In this document: positions 51,315 through 64,000 of the stretch, piece after piece
How positions within the stretch are numbered: the stretch's first letter is position 1
Layout of the letters: the number at the start of each line of letters is the position of its first letter
Origin: Tubulanus polymorphus
Taxonomy: Eukaryota; Animalia; Nemertea
DNA length: 64,000 bases
Direction: 5' to 3'
NCBI RefSeq assembly: GCF_964204645.1
Contig: NC_134028.1
Coordinates: 5,332,001-5,396,000, forward strand
Made by a program: the position numbers and the translations under genes
The notes under the pieces: model-generated
The model's input: the letters and a program-made list of their open reading frames with translations, nothing else
The model's database searches: none
Told to the model about the DNA's origin: nothing

Positions 51315-54300
51315 TAAGTGAACCCTTAGTGACATCACCCTAGAGTTCAAATTGGAGAGGTGGGATCTTAGTCAAGAGTGAGAAGAATTGAATGAACTTC
51401 GTGATCAGGTCCGGACTGTGGGGCTAGGTCCAGGTGTTTGATAGACATGCCCCCTGTCGATTTATTCCATTAAAAATTCAACACTACTATCTTCACAAGC
51501 AAGAATGAGCTATTTGAAGCGATTATCTGTCTCTTTCACATTTCTTTGTAACGGCTATTAATATTTGGTCGTAGAATAATAGAATTTGTGATCATTAGTG
51601 TTTCAATTGGTTACTTATTAAGTTGTGTTTGCATGCTGTTTACTGTAAAACTCAGTACTGAAATATATATGAGCTCAGACTCTACCTGGAGAGTATTATG
51701 TATCTGATGATTTATTGAATATAACCCCTTTGTTTTTCCCGCGTAGTTTAGTAACTCAAAAGTTGTTAAGTTCCCTTTGTTAGACTGAAAATACCTATTC
51801 TTAAAAATCTATTCTTTAAATAAACTTAAGTTTGTTGACTTTATACATGAAAACATATGTTTTCAATAATTTATTAGATATACACGCTTTGCGTTTTGCA
51901 TAGTTAGCTAACTGAGTTTTAATGCTCTTTGTTAGACTCAAATACAATGCTGCTACCTGCAGCTGAGGCTTGATTTTTAGTCGAAAATCTATTTAGTTCA
52001 AATAAACTCGAGTGAAGTTTGTTGATTTGGTTCGTAAAAACAGATGTTTTCGAACGTTATTTTAAGAAAATGATTGTAAAGATCGCGAGTCTAAGCGTGA
52101 TGTCATTGCCCGCTATGTGAGTTAGATGTATATATGTGATTGAATAGTACAGGTGGGATATACATCGACCTGTCCTGATAAAAACAAACTAGAAAACCTT
52201 GATAAACAATGTCACAAGTGCCATGGGACCCCTCGGATGCTTTGAGCTTTAGTTTTTAAACCAGTTTAAGACCATTAAGTTAATGAGTTTTTGTTCCTCT
52301 TCCACACCATCAGTGAAAGGACCAATTTCACCTTTGAATTCTGAAAATTAATAGTTTCCACCTTATTTAGGCGCGACATATGGCCTAATGAATTTCGTCG
52401 GGTTATTTTTGGTTACGACAACCTTTTGAACTTTACGCCTGCGCGATATCGCGCGTTAGATCGATTACCACCGAGTTTTTCGTTTGAAATCGAATCTCGA
52501 ATCGCAAATGAATCGAAAACGAATCGTTCGTTCGAGCAACGGTAATCACGATATAGATATGGGAAAGTAGATTCTACATGAAACCATTTCGATGAATTCA
52601 ATTATCGGAAATTACTTCCGAACTTTAGGAAAAGTTCATCACAATTGAACGAGAAAGACAATACGGGCAATTTTAGATAGTGGGATTAGTTTTAAGGGTA
52701 GATTTAGTTTTTTTTTTTTCTCAGGGCATCAGCATTTTCAAGGTTTCCTTTTCCCCGAAATATGAGTTGAATCGGAAAAGAACAATAGACTAAAAAAAAA
52801 CGGCTACTAGGTTTCGCGAAAGACTAACCAGCTTAAAACCTTAGCCACTGCACCTCTCAGCAAATCAATCTGATAAAAAAGTGAGTTTATTCGATTGAGT
52901 CATTATCGTTCTCAGTTACGACTCAATTGTACTGAAACACTCTCTCTTGTACATATCCGAATTCTACCTGGACAACAATGAGTAAACGTCCGGGGGTTTC
53001 CTCGACTCCTTCGAGGAATTGCATCGTGCTTTTATCTTTAATGTAATCCTACGTTCAAAGTAAATGTATTATTTTCCACTTTGTAATTTGAGACGACGGG
53101 CGATACTTTCACCGGGGCTGCTGCTGGTGCTGCTGCATGCGCACGCGCGTGCGTCTGTTTTTCGCGACAACAATGAAAAAATTGCTGACGTCTTCACAAG
53201 CGTATTCTCTGGTTCAATTTCTTCTTAAAAAAAAAAAAAAAAGAACGCAAACTTACGCCCGGCGAGATATAAAAAGATAATTCCCAGCCATATGGAACTT
53301 ACGGAACCGTACGACGATGAGCTAATGGATTTACGTATTTATAGAATCATACGACGATATTGACTGTTTGATCTCGCGAACATGAAACCGTCGCGAATCC
53401 ATTTCTTTCGATTTAAACAATTCTGAAATCGATTCAATTTAGGTAGAAAACTTGTTGTTTTGCGCGCGGGATCATTTCGATCGCCGTAACTCCGTTTATT
53501 CCGCGCGAACAAACGAAGCAAATCGAATCAAATTTCGATTGAATTCCGCGGCTAAGTTAAACGAACGAAAGGTTGAATGATTTCGACAGCGATTTGGTTT
53601 TGTCAAATTCCGAATACGGAAAGTGCCTCGTAAATTTCAGTTTATATGAATTCGCATACGTTTTCGTATCTGCAGCATAAGTCTTATTAACTTTCGCGTT
53701 CCCGCGTGATCAAAAGATCGCGAAAGTAACCACCGGACTAAAACATCAGATGGATTACGCGTCTTTTGAACATTTCCACGAGTAGTCATTGTTTTCTTAG
53801 GCTTCGAGAGCGCGCGTTTTATATGCTTTACTTTCACATGTTCTGTATTACTCTCTTGAGAATAACAATAAGCGAGAAAAAAAAAACATGACGATGACAT
53901 CACATGTCTGAAAAAAAAGCTCCTTTCACATGTCGCGAGGCTTCAAAAACGATTTCGTGTATTAAACGTGCATCACCTGTGCACTAGTGTCCACAATTAA
54001 TGAACTTAAACTAATAATATCCTGCAGCCATATAAGCGCGGTCGCAGCGTGGTCGCGGCGCTCGAGCCAGTCACTGAATCATAGCGTTAATGCTTTCCTC
54101 GCTTATTGTTTGTTGGTCATTTTCCGCCCTCGGCCCCGACGTCGAAATCGAATTTATTCGGCTTCTCGAATTATGAAACTCGGATGTTTGACGAGACAAG
54201 CTGGTTCAACACGGGCGTTTTGTGTAATCAGGAACGTCCTTTGGGTCGCGCAATTTGATTATATTAGACGAGCGAGCGCGCGCGCGCGGAGGGGCGTCAC

Positions 54301-55100
54301 GTGCTCACCTCGCGCGCACGCACGCACGCACACCGAGTAATGGTCATTTTTTTATTTATGAATCGTAGTAATTATGATTCACGAGCGTGCGATTCGTTTT
54401 TCGGATTCGGCGCGGGCTTCGGGGGTGATATCGGTCAGCGCGCATCTGCCGCGAACTTCACGCGATATCGTCGTCGTCGCGCGGAGGAACCGATCATCGG
54501 CGGATATTAAAAACGTGTGTATCATCTGCTTACGATCCCATACCTATTGAATCGATAGCGCGACGTGGTCTCGCGTCCGTAATCTACTTCTTTCTTTTTT
54601 TTTTCTCTAAAACGAAATTAGTCAAATTTTTATTCGAAAATCATCTCGCGCGCCCCGTCAATTCATGAAATGCGCGAAAAAGTTCGGTGATTAGCGCGTG
54701 ATAGGAATAACTATCCGGCGCCTGGAGCCGTTTGAAGTGAGCCTACTGCGCGTCGTCGACGACCAGGATGTTCTTTTCTTCGATTTGGCAAGTCGTATCT
54801 CCGAGCGAAAAACAATCTTTTCATTGTTTTCGGGCTGACACTTTCTCAGTTTCGTCGTGTCAATAGATAATTGTCGAACGAACGAAATCACTGTTGGCGT
54901 GACCCGTGTCACGCCAATTAACGCATGCGCTTTTGCCTCACGCGCTAAAATAGCATCCTTTATACGGTTAATTTCACGCGGTGTTGGGTCAAAAGTGTAT
55001 CATCTTCTTCATATCAAAAATGCAATCGACATTGTTTGCCGATTTCATTGTTTGCCTTTTTTTCATGGAAAGCGCGTGAAATACATTTCTTAACAACTTA

Positions 55101-55392
55101 AGCCGCGATTACGCGAGTGCTTTTGGCTGAGACCCGCAGTTCATATGGGTGCCAAATGGGCGCATCCCTGTTTGGCCCGACCAAAAACATCAGTCCAGGC
55201 CCGAACCAAATTCTAGTACGGGTCAAATTATTCCATGTGAACTGCAACTGGTTTCGGAAATGACTCACTTCACTTTGTTTAAGCATTGTTTAGGGAGTGA
55301 GTGGTTTATGTGCGAGCAGATCTCTAATAAGGCACGGGCCAAATTTGACTCGGGTCTGATCTGAGCGAAATGGTGTCCGTGTGATCGGGGCT
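55101..55392. mobile_element. AGCCGCGATCAC-family MITE, longest copy (TTA duplication, PIF/Harbinger type)
   Basis: AGCCGCGATTACGCG / CGTGTGATCGGGGCT, flanked by TTA at 55098-55100 and 55393-55395. Confidence 0.85.
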
Positions 55393-56504
55393 TTAACTTC
55401 GGTTATTCCTAAACGAGGAAGTAAACAAGGTCTCTTAGACAGATGTGCACCCAGTCACCCGCTAATTGTTTTATGATTTTGATCAAATTTTCAAGAAGGC
55501 GCAGGTGCGTTATTGTTAGCGGACATATGGTACTAAATATCATCTTTTCAACTATTTCAAATTTGTAACGCGCGGTCAGTCCTAGAAAAAGGCATAAACG
55601 TCTCGGTGAAATGACGTACCAGATGATTCTACTATTGTTATGTCGTAATAACGTGCCATATGGCTATATATTCTATATGAATTTAACATCTCAACGTTAA
55701 GTGTTTATTATTAATGCAGGACTTCAGGTGTAAAATCCTCGCCCGAAGGGCTTCACGAAATCTGTGTGCGTCATTAGAAAATTTGAAATGAACAATCGAT
55801 TGAGAATCATTTGAAATGAACTAGATTTCCAATTTCATTTCACTCTTGATCCGTTTGTTGGCCCATACTACATAGCCTAGGTAAGACATTCAAATTGAGC
55901 CTAAATCCTAAGATGATTAAGATTCATATAACGATAGGCTTTAGAGGTGTAGTTTACCCTGAGAGACCAGTTCCTCGTCATTCCAAGGTCGTTGGGACAT
56001 GTGGGGCCAGTTTTATGGACAACTTTTAACTTCAACCTTGTGTTGACCGCTGGTCTATAAACTGGTTTAAGACCCCAATTAGTCACTGCCTCATATTCTT
56101 AGCCTCTTTTACCTTGTGTGGGTCGTACATCCTGAGAAGTCGCGGAGAAATAGTCAAACGAAAGACCGAAAGTAATTAAAACAAAGGCCTCTTATGCACC
56201 GGATGGTTTGATTATTTTTCTTTGAGTTTTGCTACTTTCGCGACCAGGAAATCTTCCACTTTGGACTGAAGAGGCTTCTTCGCTGAGCGAACACACGGGG
56301 GTTTAATGAGTCACAAATAGCGTCGCAATTGTTCTTTTAATCTTCTCTCGATGTAAAAAGATAGATCAAAAAGTCGCGCGGCCACATGCGATCTACACAA
56401 AATCAGCGATCGCTTTCTCGTGATTATAATGTATCGTACGATGAAATATCTACGTTTACACGATTCGAGGTCATCTAATTAACGATAACGAAGTGGTGAC
56501 ACGC

Positions 56505-56890
56505 TGTCCCTACGACTCCTTGATTCCTTAAAAACTCCGAAACTGAAAATGCTTATAAAGGTGCTTGAAACTCCTCTTATTTGAGCAAAATTCCCAAAAT
56601 GCCTTTAAAACTCCTTCAATTTTGAGAAAGATGCCATTATAAATGTTTGTAGTTGTACAGTAAACTACCCCTAAATTGGAACAGTTGGAACCGGATCTTT
56701 TTGTTAACCAATTAGGCAGTTAACGAATAAGAAACAAGTTTAGGTAGTGTTAAGGATGAAAATTAGCTTACAAAAGCACAGAATTTACAGTTTATTGAGA
56801 TAAACCGTACCGATTTAGGAGTAGTCTCCATTAATTGGAATATGTAAGTGACGCTTCCTCAAAATATGAAATCCCCTTGTCAATTCTTTA
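56505..56890. mobile_element. Second copy of the CTCCTT-repeat element, without the two nested MITEs
   Basis: Matches 100-680. Contains an internal inverted pair actacccctaaattggaac / gtaccgatttaggagtagt preceded by TACAGTAA, resembling Tc1/pogo ends. Confidence 0.65.
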
Positions 56891-58348
56891 TATCCAGGAG
56901 TGACCCTGAAATCGGCAAGTTTGTCAATCGTGCAAAAAAGATGAAATCGCGAGACCGCGGGCGCCGGGAGTCATCGGTCTTATTAATCGTTTCTCTTCAC
57001 GCCGTACTGATTTCAGTAATCGCGCTGACAGTAAGCGGGTTGTGCGCGGACTTAAACCTATTGTACGCCCTGCTTCAGGAGACAGGTAACAATGTCATCA
57101 CTAATCACGTTTACCTGTCCGGGAGAATCCTCTCCCTCTCCCTTTCCTGCGCGCCGGCTGACTCAGCAGAAACTGAGTGCAACAGTTCCGCTCGAGTAAG
57201 GCTGCGTCGTCCAGAACCAGACTTAAGTCTTTTGTCTTCCGTGAATCACTCGCGAAATCCGAGATCATGCTCATTTTGTGCTTTTAAGTAATTACGATCG
57301 CGCGCGCGCGCGCCGAACATTATGCCTGCGAGTTAGAAAAAAAAAGATGTCAGATGAAACGATCTCGATCCGGTTCCGCGGATGCGCGTGTCGTCTTGAA
57401 AGCGCCATCTATGGTTGACTCTCGTAAAAGTTACGATACCATTAGAATAGTATGACGCGCATGTTTCGTAGCATCCTTGTAAAAAACAAAGTACAGTAGG
57501 AGTCCGTTATGATGTCCAATATCGGGACCAATGAAAAACATGGCGTCATAAACAATTTAGGCATTAAAAAGAATGATATTTTCAATGAATTTGTGTTAGA
57601 TTGGAAACATCAATTCAAAGAAAATGTTGGCATTCAGTGAGCAATAGTGTTTATAAAAAGATAAATGGACTTTGACTATGTTTAGATTGTTTTAATCGAT
57701 CTTTTGTGTCGAGATGTAGAAAAATGGCGATGAAAAGATGTCAACTCGAGTGTCCTGTGATAAAGATAGAGAGGGAGGGCCGAAGATTGCGAAGAAAATT
57801 ATGAATGATTAAGAAAACAAGATGATTACATTTAACAATCGAGTAATGGCCGCGGCTATTATAGCTGACAAAGCCGATCTACACGGACGACTGACGACCT
57901 GTCAAATTATCAGCGATTATCACGTCTTAATCGAGCAGGTGATTAGCCTGCCTCGTGTATCGAGGGTATTACTACTGTACCTGTGTGACAGTTACAGCTA
58001 CTGATGAATCATATATACCCCCATCTCGTAGTCGTATTATCACATGGCGATATCATAACGGTGATGACAAAGCAAAACGCGACGAACGGATTTTGCAGCG
58101 GGGAACGGTTGCTCGTTTTATCTGATTTCATCACGAGTTCACTTTGAAACTAGCGATAAACACCAAAAATCAAAACATCCATTGACTTATATTCTTTATT
58201 GTATTATATGATTATTCGTAGTTTGCTTTACCTTAAATTCATTTGGTTTTCAACTATTTTGTGGTAGTTTGCAACACGTCAGATTACTGGATAAGTCTCT
58301 TCGTCCTGGATTGTATATACATTTTCATAGTTTTGGATGTAACTTGTG

Positions 58349-58400
58349 TATTCCTGAAGATGACTATAAGGATATAGCGTCAAAACATAAACTACTAGCT
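58349..58400 (+). mobile_element. Penelope-like LTR fragment with the 5' half of a hammerhead motif (same family as 1528 and 16332)
   Basis: TATTC-CTGAAGA-TGACTATAAGGATATAGCGTC-AAAAC...AAACTACTAGCT; the tail is shared with the 16.4 kb copy. Confidence 0.65.
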
Positions 58401-60854
58401 CAAAGAAGGACTCATCTTCTTTTAGCATTGCAAGATTTCGCCGTATTGCCAAAAATCAAACTTGCAGTTTAAACTCGTTTCCAAACCTATTATCTAATGG
58501 ATGGTTTTAAAAATGATTTTCCGTAATCAAGCGACATTTTTTCTATAGTATATGAAGTCTATATGGAACCTCTGATGATTTCGTTAATGATTAAAAAGTT
58601 CATTGATGAATCGAATACTACGTAATACACTACTACTACACGGCTTTTTTCTATACGCGAATCCCCAGGTGCGATACAAAATCGATGCATCTCCAGTCAG
58701 TGACTAACACCTTATTTCATCAGTTTTACACTTTCTTTTCATATTTTCTAATGAAGTGCGAAGATCTTCGGTCTCCGATGAGTGTCAAAGAATTTTCCGA
58801 GTCATTTTACAGTCGCGCGGAAATATTGATATTCTCGCGGCTTGCGCTCGCTATTGACGGCGGCGGCGCGGCGCGGCCGGGTATCTCCTGTTCTCGAGTT
58901 ACCGTAACGCTACTATCCGTATCGAATTGTTCAAAAGTCAACACAACGGCCGTACTGTGATTAGTACCTGTTTAGACAATAATGCCTACCGGAGGTAATC
59001 CTCCGAAAGTCTCCCATCCAACGCTATTTTTCATTTCGACACAATATCTCCCATCTGTACAGTGAGAAATTATTTTCAATTAAAGTCCTGTTTCGAAAAT
59101 TAATGCCTTGGCTTTACGGTAAGATTTTAAGTAATCCTTTTGCTAGGCCCAATTATTTCTTAATCTCAGCCCACAAAGGCTTGGTCGAAAACATGAAAAG
59201 ATTATATAGGAAGGGCTTAGTCCTGTAGGAATGAAGAGGATGGCCTAAAACACAGATTTTACTGTAGAAATGTAGAGTACAGAGTAGACATTAATACACA
59301 TGTCTGACAAAGATGGTGATCCAAATCAGTTAACCGACAAACAAAATAGGGAAATCCCGTTCCAACTGTTGGAGCTCTTCACTGCAATATGTCTTCATGG
59401 GTACTGCTATCTTTGACATTGATTGGGCTTTGATACTGTTCCTCTGCCTTTAGACTATGTATGAAATGATGTAAGTTGTGGCATCTTGTTTCAAAGTTGA
59501 ACTGTTCTAGATATTGAAACAGAAATTGAAATGGATGTATAATATCACTGATGAGTATCGCTCGGCTATAAAACCTCTTACAGTAGTCATTTGAATTCAT
59601 CTGCGGACTTGGGAAATGTGCGGGAGATGACGTATTGATTTAACCGTTACCGCGAGTCAGGAGTCCCATGTGTTTAATATTCGCTGATTATATAGTTACT
59701 GTTGCTCCTCCGAACCGATGTTAAATCCTGTAACCAACTCTGAAGTGAGGATTAAACCCGTTTGGCCCCGTACGTACCCGATCCGTCGGTGACTCATGAA
59801 CCGTTTAAAGCTGCCGGATTTGTAGAAGATCAACTGGATTTTCATTGTGCATGTATTTAGTGCAGTCTCGATGTTTATAGGCTGTGGCCTTGTGTCAAAC
59901 CTCAACAGTCTGTTGGCAGTTTTTGCAATCGCTTTGATTTCTAAAAACTGACCCGTGTCGAAACTTGAATCCTGTCTCACCTATCCAGTAACGTAAGACG
60001 GAAGACATATAACCTTTTGGCCTAAACTTCATTGGTGATTGTGATGCTTATTTCAGAAACTCTGATTTCCTTTATCCTTTATAGAAACAGAAAGTTTTGA
60101 GAAAGAGAAGAAGTTTTGTATCTTCAGTCACTGTGTCAAGTGTTTTAAATACTTAGGAAAATTCTCAACTCAAATTTTGGCTTTTGGGGAAACGCAAGAA
60201 CTTTTGGAAAAGCTCTCATTTCTGATATTAAGTACTGTGACCTGTAGCGTGTCCTTTAAGCCAGCACCATGGCGGACTCATCGAGCGCTTCTTCAAAGCA
60301 GGTTTTCAACGGAAAACGCAGCGTTTAAGTCAGAATACGGGATTAAGTTGATGTAGTGTTTGTCAGTGTCGAAGACAAATGTCCACTGCTGGTGCGGCGG
60401 CGCTCGCGAGATCGCTCGCTCGCTCGCCGGGCGATGTCACTACGAATGAATCACACGAATGCTATCATTGTTTTACGATCGAGATCCGTCTCAGACTCAC
60501 TGGTCATCTATCAATGTCTCGACGTGCGATGAGCGGACGCACGTGCCGTCGTTGTCTGTCCTTCCGATTCTATTCAACAAATTACACTCTCTCAGATATG
60601 GATAGCAGCAATTAGACTGTTGAATCGACTGTGAAATTGTTGCTCGTCTCAAAACGTTAATTCTGTCCACATTCTCATTCTACCAAGACGATAATGAATT
60701 AGTAAAGAAAATTGTCAGTGGGAAGTTTTTTTGTCTTTGTTGATAATGCGATCTGGCGTTTGGAGCTTCTATCAGTTTCGGACATGACTCAGCAAAATCG
60801 TTCATTGGCTTTTCGAAGCCCCCTATTAGCCATCTATTGAATTAGATCGATGAA

Positions 60855-61032
60855 ACCCACTTGACACAGAGAAGGGAAACATAGAAAAGCAGAATCACAT
60901 GTTCGATATCGGAATCATTGTTTCTTAACCATGTTTCTCGTTTCTCGTAAACACTTAAGAAACAGAGGAACTTTTGGAAACATGTTTCTGTCTCCTTTTT
61001 CCATGTTTCCCTTCGTCCTATGCATCCGGCTC
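60855..61032. mobile_element. GAAACATGTTTC-family MITE
   Basis: Shares gacacagagaagggaaaca, catgtttctcgtttctcgtaaa and gaaacatgtttctgtctcc with 24425-24596. Confidence 0.7.
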
Positions 61033-62762
61033 GAGACTCAGTAAGCGGCGAATGGCTAATATGCTAGTACAGAGCCCTCTTTTGATCAATTCTGGAATCG
61101 TTTTATTACTATCGGACCCTGTTATTAATGGCGAACTCGTCCGAGAGACAAAGCACAAAATGCGATACGTCATAATTCATATTTCACAGCAACGCGAGTC
61201 CGTATGAATTTATGGGCGCGTATTATTACCGGGCACTTCACGTTTTATGGCAATGTAAACTGGTAATGTTGAAATAGACAATCGCGACAAGTTGAAGGGA
61301 AACAATTAACGTAGACAGTAGGACTACATACGATATAGCTCCGTAGACTCTTAGTCTCGTTTAGTTTCCTTTCCACTACAAATAATTAATGTAAATAAAC
61401 ACATTTCGGTCTGGATATTACGTTTGTCCAATTTGGTTTTCAGGCGCGTTTCGATGATTTAGGGACCTATTACGGGAGTTATCACCGATCCGAGAGCGAC
61501 CGTGATTCAGAAATCCCGGATCTCGCGCGCGCGGCTATGGTCCGGTGAAATTTCGATGCGAGTTATGATCGCGCTTTGATGCGTCGCGACCAAAGAAAGC
61601 AGAAGTCAATTGTCTAGACCACAATTAAACAGATTTATTAAATTGAACTTCCCCCCAGCCAGCCAGCCATGTTATTGCTGAGATTGAGCATTTTTAAACA
61701 TCTACACTGCCGTTTGTTGCCTGCAAGTCTAGCAACTTAATTATAGGATCTTAAATTTAATTCCTGCGGCTGCGGAAATGTATTTCCTATAAACACTTAG
61801 TTTGTGCTGATTCATCCAGTTCCGGCATTTTCAAAAAAGAGTCTGCTTCGAGTGGTGTAACTTTTGTCTCTAGTCAGACTTCAGCGGCGCTTCGAAACTA
61901 GGAATTGAGATCCACACTTGAGTTGGGCGAGGGTCTAGATCCCGGTAATGCATCAATTGTGGTATAAATACAACTCAGAATTTCTGGCTTTTTCAGATCA
62001 CCAGACCTTTCACCACTTATTCTGCATTGCACCCTTTTCAAATATGTGTATCGGGCTCGGTCGTCGGGATAAATGCTAATTAGAGTAAATGTCTAGTAAA
62101 CTCCTCAGTGCATTATGAAAATATGTACTTGAAAATATCGACGACGTTAAAAAGCTTTTCGCCTCGGTTTTTTTTCATACGTCTATCACAAGTTTTTCCA
62201 GGGCATTTCGACGTCTGCTCGTCGCCGACCGGTTTTAAAGAGAAACAGTTTTGTTTGTGCCCGCGATGGAAATCAAGTCGTTTACCACTTGTCGGCGACA
62301 TGTCCCATTTCGGTCAAACTTGAAGTGGTTCTCATTGAAACGTGTTCGAACGGATGATGATTAGATCAATATCGTCGGCGGCGGCACGAATGTTTGGCCA
62401 CGATTTTTACTCCAGCGCTGCGTCGAACGATCATCTTCGTCGCATTACTGTCATCGATGAGTACCTGAGATTTATGCGGTATGGTGTCACGCGGAGGCCT
62501 CGTCGTCGTTTGATCTCTTTCGGCAGAAAACACGACTCGACAAACTGGCTTTCGATGTTAAAATCAATACACCTGTTATCGATAGGTATATTTCCGAACA
62601 AACAGTGCTTGACAGCTCGATCAATTTTGTGAAATCGTCGTATTTCGTGACATATCTACGTTATGGAATTCGATCGCAGGAGTGGTGTACCTACAGCTGT
62701 TACGTTAGTTTTCAACGCCGGTCTTACTTGACGTATTTGAATTTCGGACCCAAGTTACCGAT

Positions 62763-62924
62763 GACCCTAGAAAACGCAGGAACAGGAGACGGAAACATGT
62801 TTCCGAGTGTTTCTCTGTGTCGTGTGCGTTTATGAGGAACGAGAAACATGCGGGAAACAATGTTTCCGAGGTCAAACATGTTTGATTCTCTGTTTCCGTG
62901 TTTTCCTGCGTTTTGCGCTGGGCT
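62763..62924. mobile_element. GAAACATGTTTC-family MITE
   Basis: ggaaacatgtttccg ... gggaaacaatgtttccgaggtcaaacatgtttga, as in the 51.2 kb copy; ends TGGGCT. Confidence 0.75.
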
Positions 62925-64000
62925 CTAAGTCCAGAATGGAGCGTGTCCATTATTGACTAGTCACAATAAGGTGGTGACACTATTGTGCACAGATTCTCAG
63001 TGTATCGTTATCATCTATTTAATCAGTCATTTCGAGTTCATTTCTTGGTTAAAAGCGAACTGTCCGAATGAGTTTAATTAGTTGTTTAGTAACGTGTCAG
63101 TTGCAGACAGTATCTCGTTGACAATGAGACGTGGGAAACGGCGTAGACACAGGCGGCTGTCTATAATACAACGATTCATATATGTGTATGTGTCATATCT
63201 ATCACAACAATGACTCATCCTGTTTGTCTCGCGTTACATCTGTCAATCACTGCCCGCGCGGGCCCCAGCTGAGCCGAATCCCTGAAAACGTGGTGCGTCC
63301 GTCCACACAACCGCGCCACGGATACTTACAAATTTCTAATTACGACGCGTTACGAACAATTGTACGCTTATCTTATGTGCGTGACAACGCGAGTACGCTC
63401 TCGGACGTCCAAACGGTCAGTTTCCGAGTGCACTGACCATTGTCCGGTCGACCGGACGCAGCGGGACGTTCCATTATCCGCGGTGTCTAAGTGTAATCAA
63501 GTTTTCTCATTATCTCTCATTAACTCTAATGTACACGTGATTTAGGCTTCATTTTTGACTGTAGTTGTAAGCTAGATCTAACACCATCTCACTTAGCAAT
63601 AAACCCCTAGTGTTCGACCTCGTAGCTTATTTGATATCTATAAAACTGTCTACGACTACTATTTGAGAGTAGTTTCTACTTTTGACAGCTTAACTATTCC
63701 CGAAAATATCCTCAAAATCAGAATAGTTTCTAGTTCAATTTTAATTAAAGTACTATTTTTGACATGTATTACCTTTAAAGTTTTAATGAAAACTACTGCA
63801 ATAAGAGTTATCACGAAGCAGGTAGTTAGGTCAATATCTTTTTATTCTGCATCGGTCTTTGTTATTGCTAACGATCGCTTCTGATCGCCAAATGTGAATA
63901 TTTGGTTCATATTTCACCGGTTGCGTCCACTTACAACTAGGAAAGCTAACACAATATTTTTAAATCCGGAAAAAATCAAGGTTATTTCATGAAGAATCGT

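Noticed and set aside
55328-55345. miR-124 seed-like TAAGGCACG
   Set aside because: It lies inside a MITE, and the rest of the mature miRNA and hairpin are absent.
56848-57291. 147-aa ORF with a hydrophobic stretch as a possible next exon
   Set aside because: It starts inside a repeat, shows no Ig or other recognisable motif, and has no convincing splice sites.
59300-59990. Two minus-strand ORFs (73 and 94 aa) as a nested gene
   Set aside because: No recognisable similarity and no coherent splice signals.
61840-61945. tRNA-Leu-like sequence
   Set aside because: Only vague A and B box resemblance; it cannot be folded into a cloverleaf.

Overview
Eukaryotic, non-vertebrate animal genomic DNA, almost entirely non-coding. 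The only well-supported gene is the 3' part of an STPG2-like (sperm-tail PG-rich repeat) gene on the + strand. Four GT-AG exons (4090-4343, 14061-14244, 17780-17892, 28521-28655) splice in frame across introns of 9717, 3535 and 10628 bp. About 13 kb downstream on the same strand is a probable first coding exon with a signal peptide (41453-41582), followed by >22 kb with no recognisable exon. From human gene order this could be an UNC5 netrin-receptor gene, which is inference only. The non-coding DNA alternates between CpG-rich blocks and AT-rich tracts filled with several MITE families (some nested), short tandem repeats and retroelement tails. The most distinctive signal is a set of minimal type I hammerhead-ribozyme motifs of the Penelope-like-element kind from three sequence families, one amplified into a 66-bp tandem array. 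Every individual copy carries at least one substitution relative to the canonical motif. Apart from the ORFs overlapping these exons, the supplied ORFs appear spurious.
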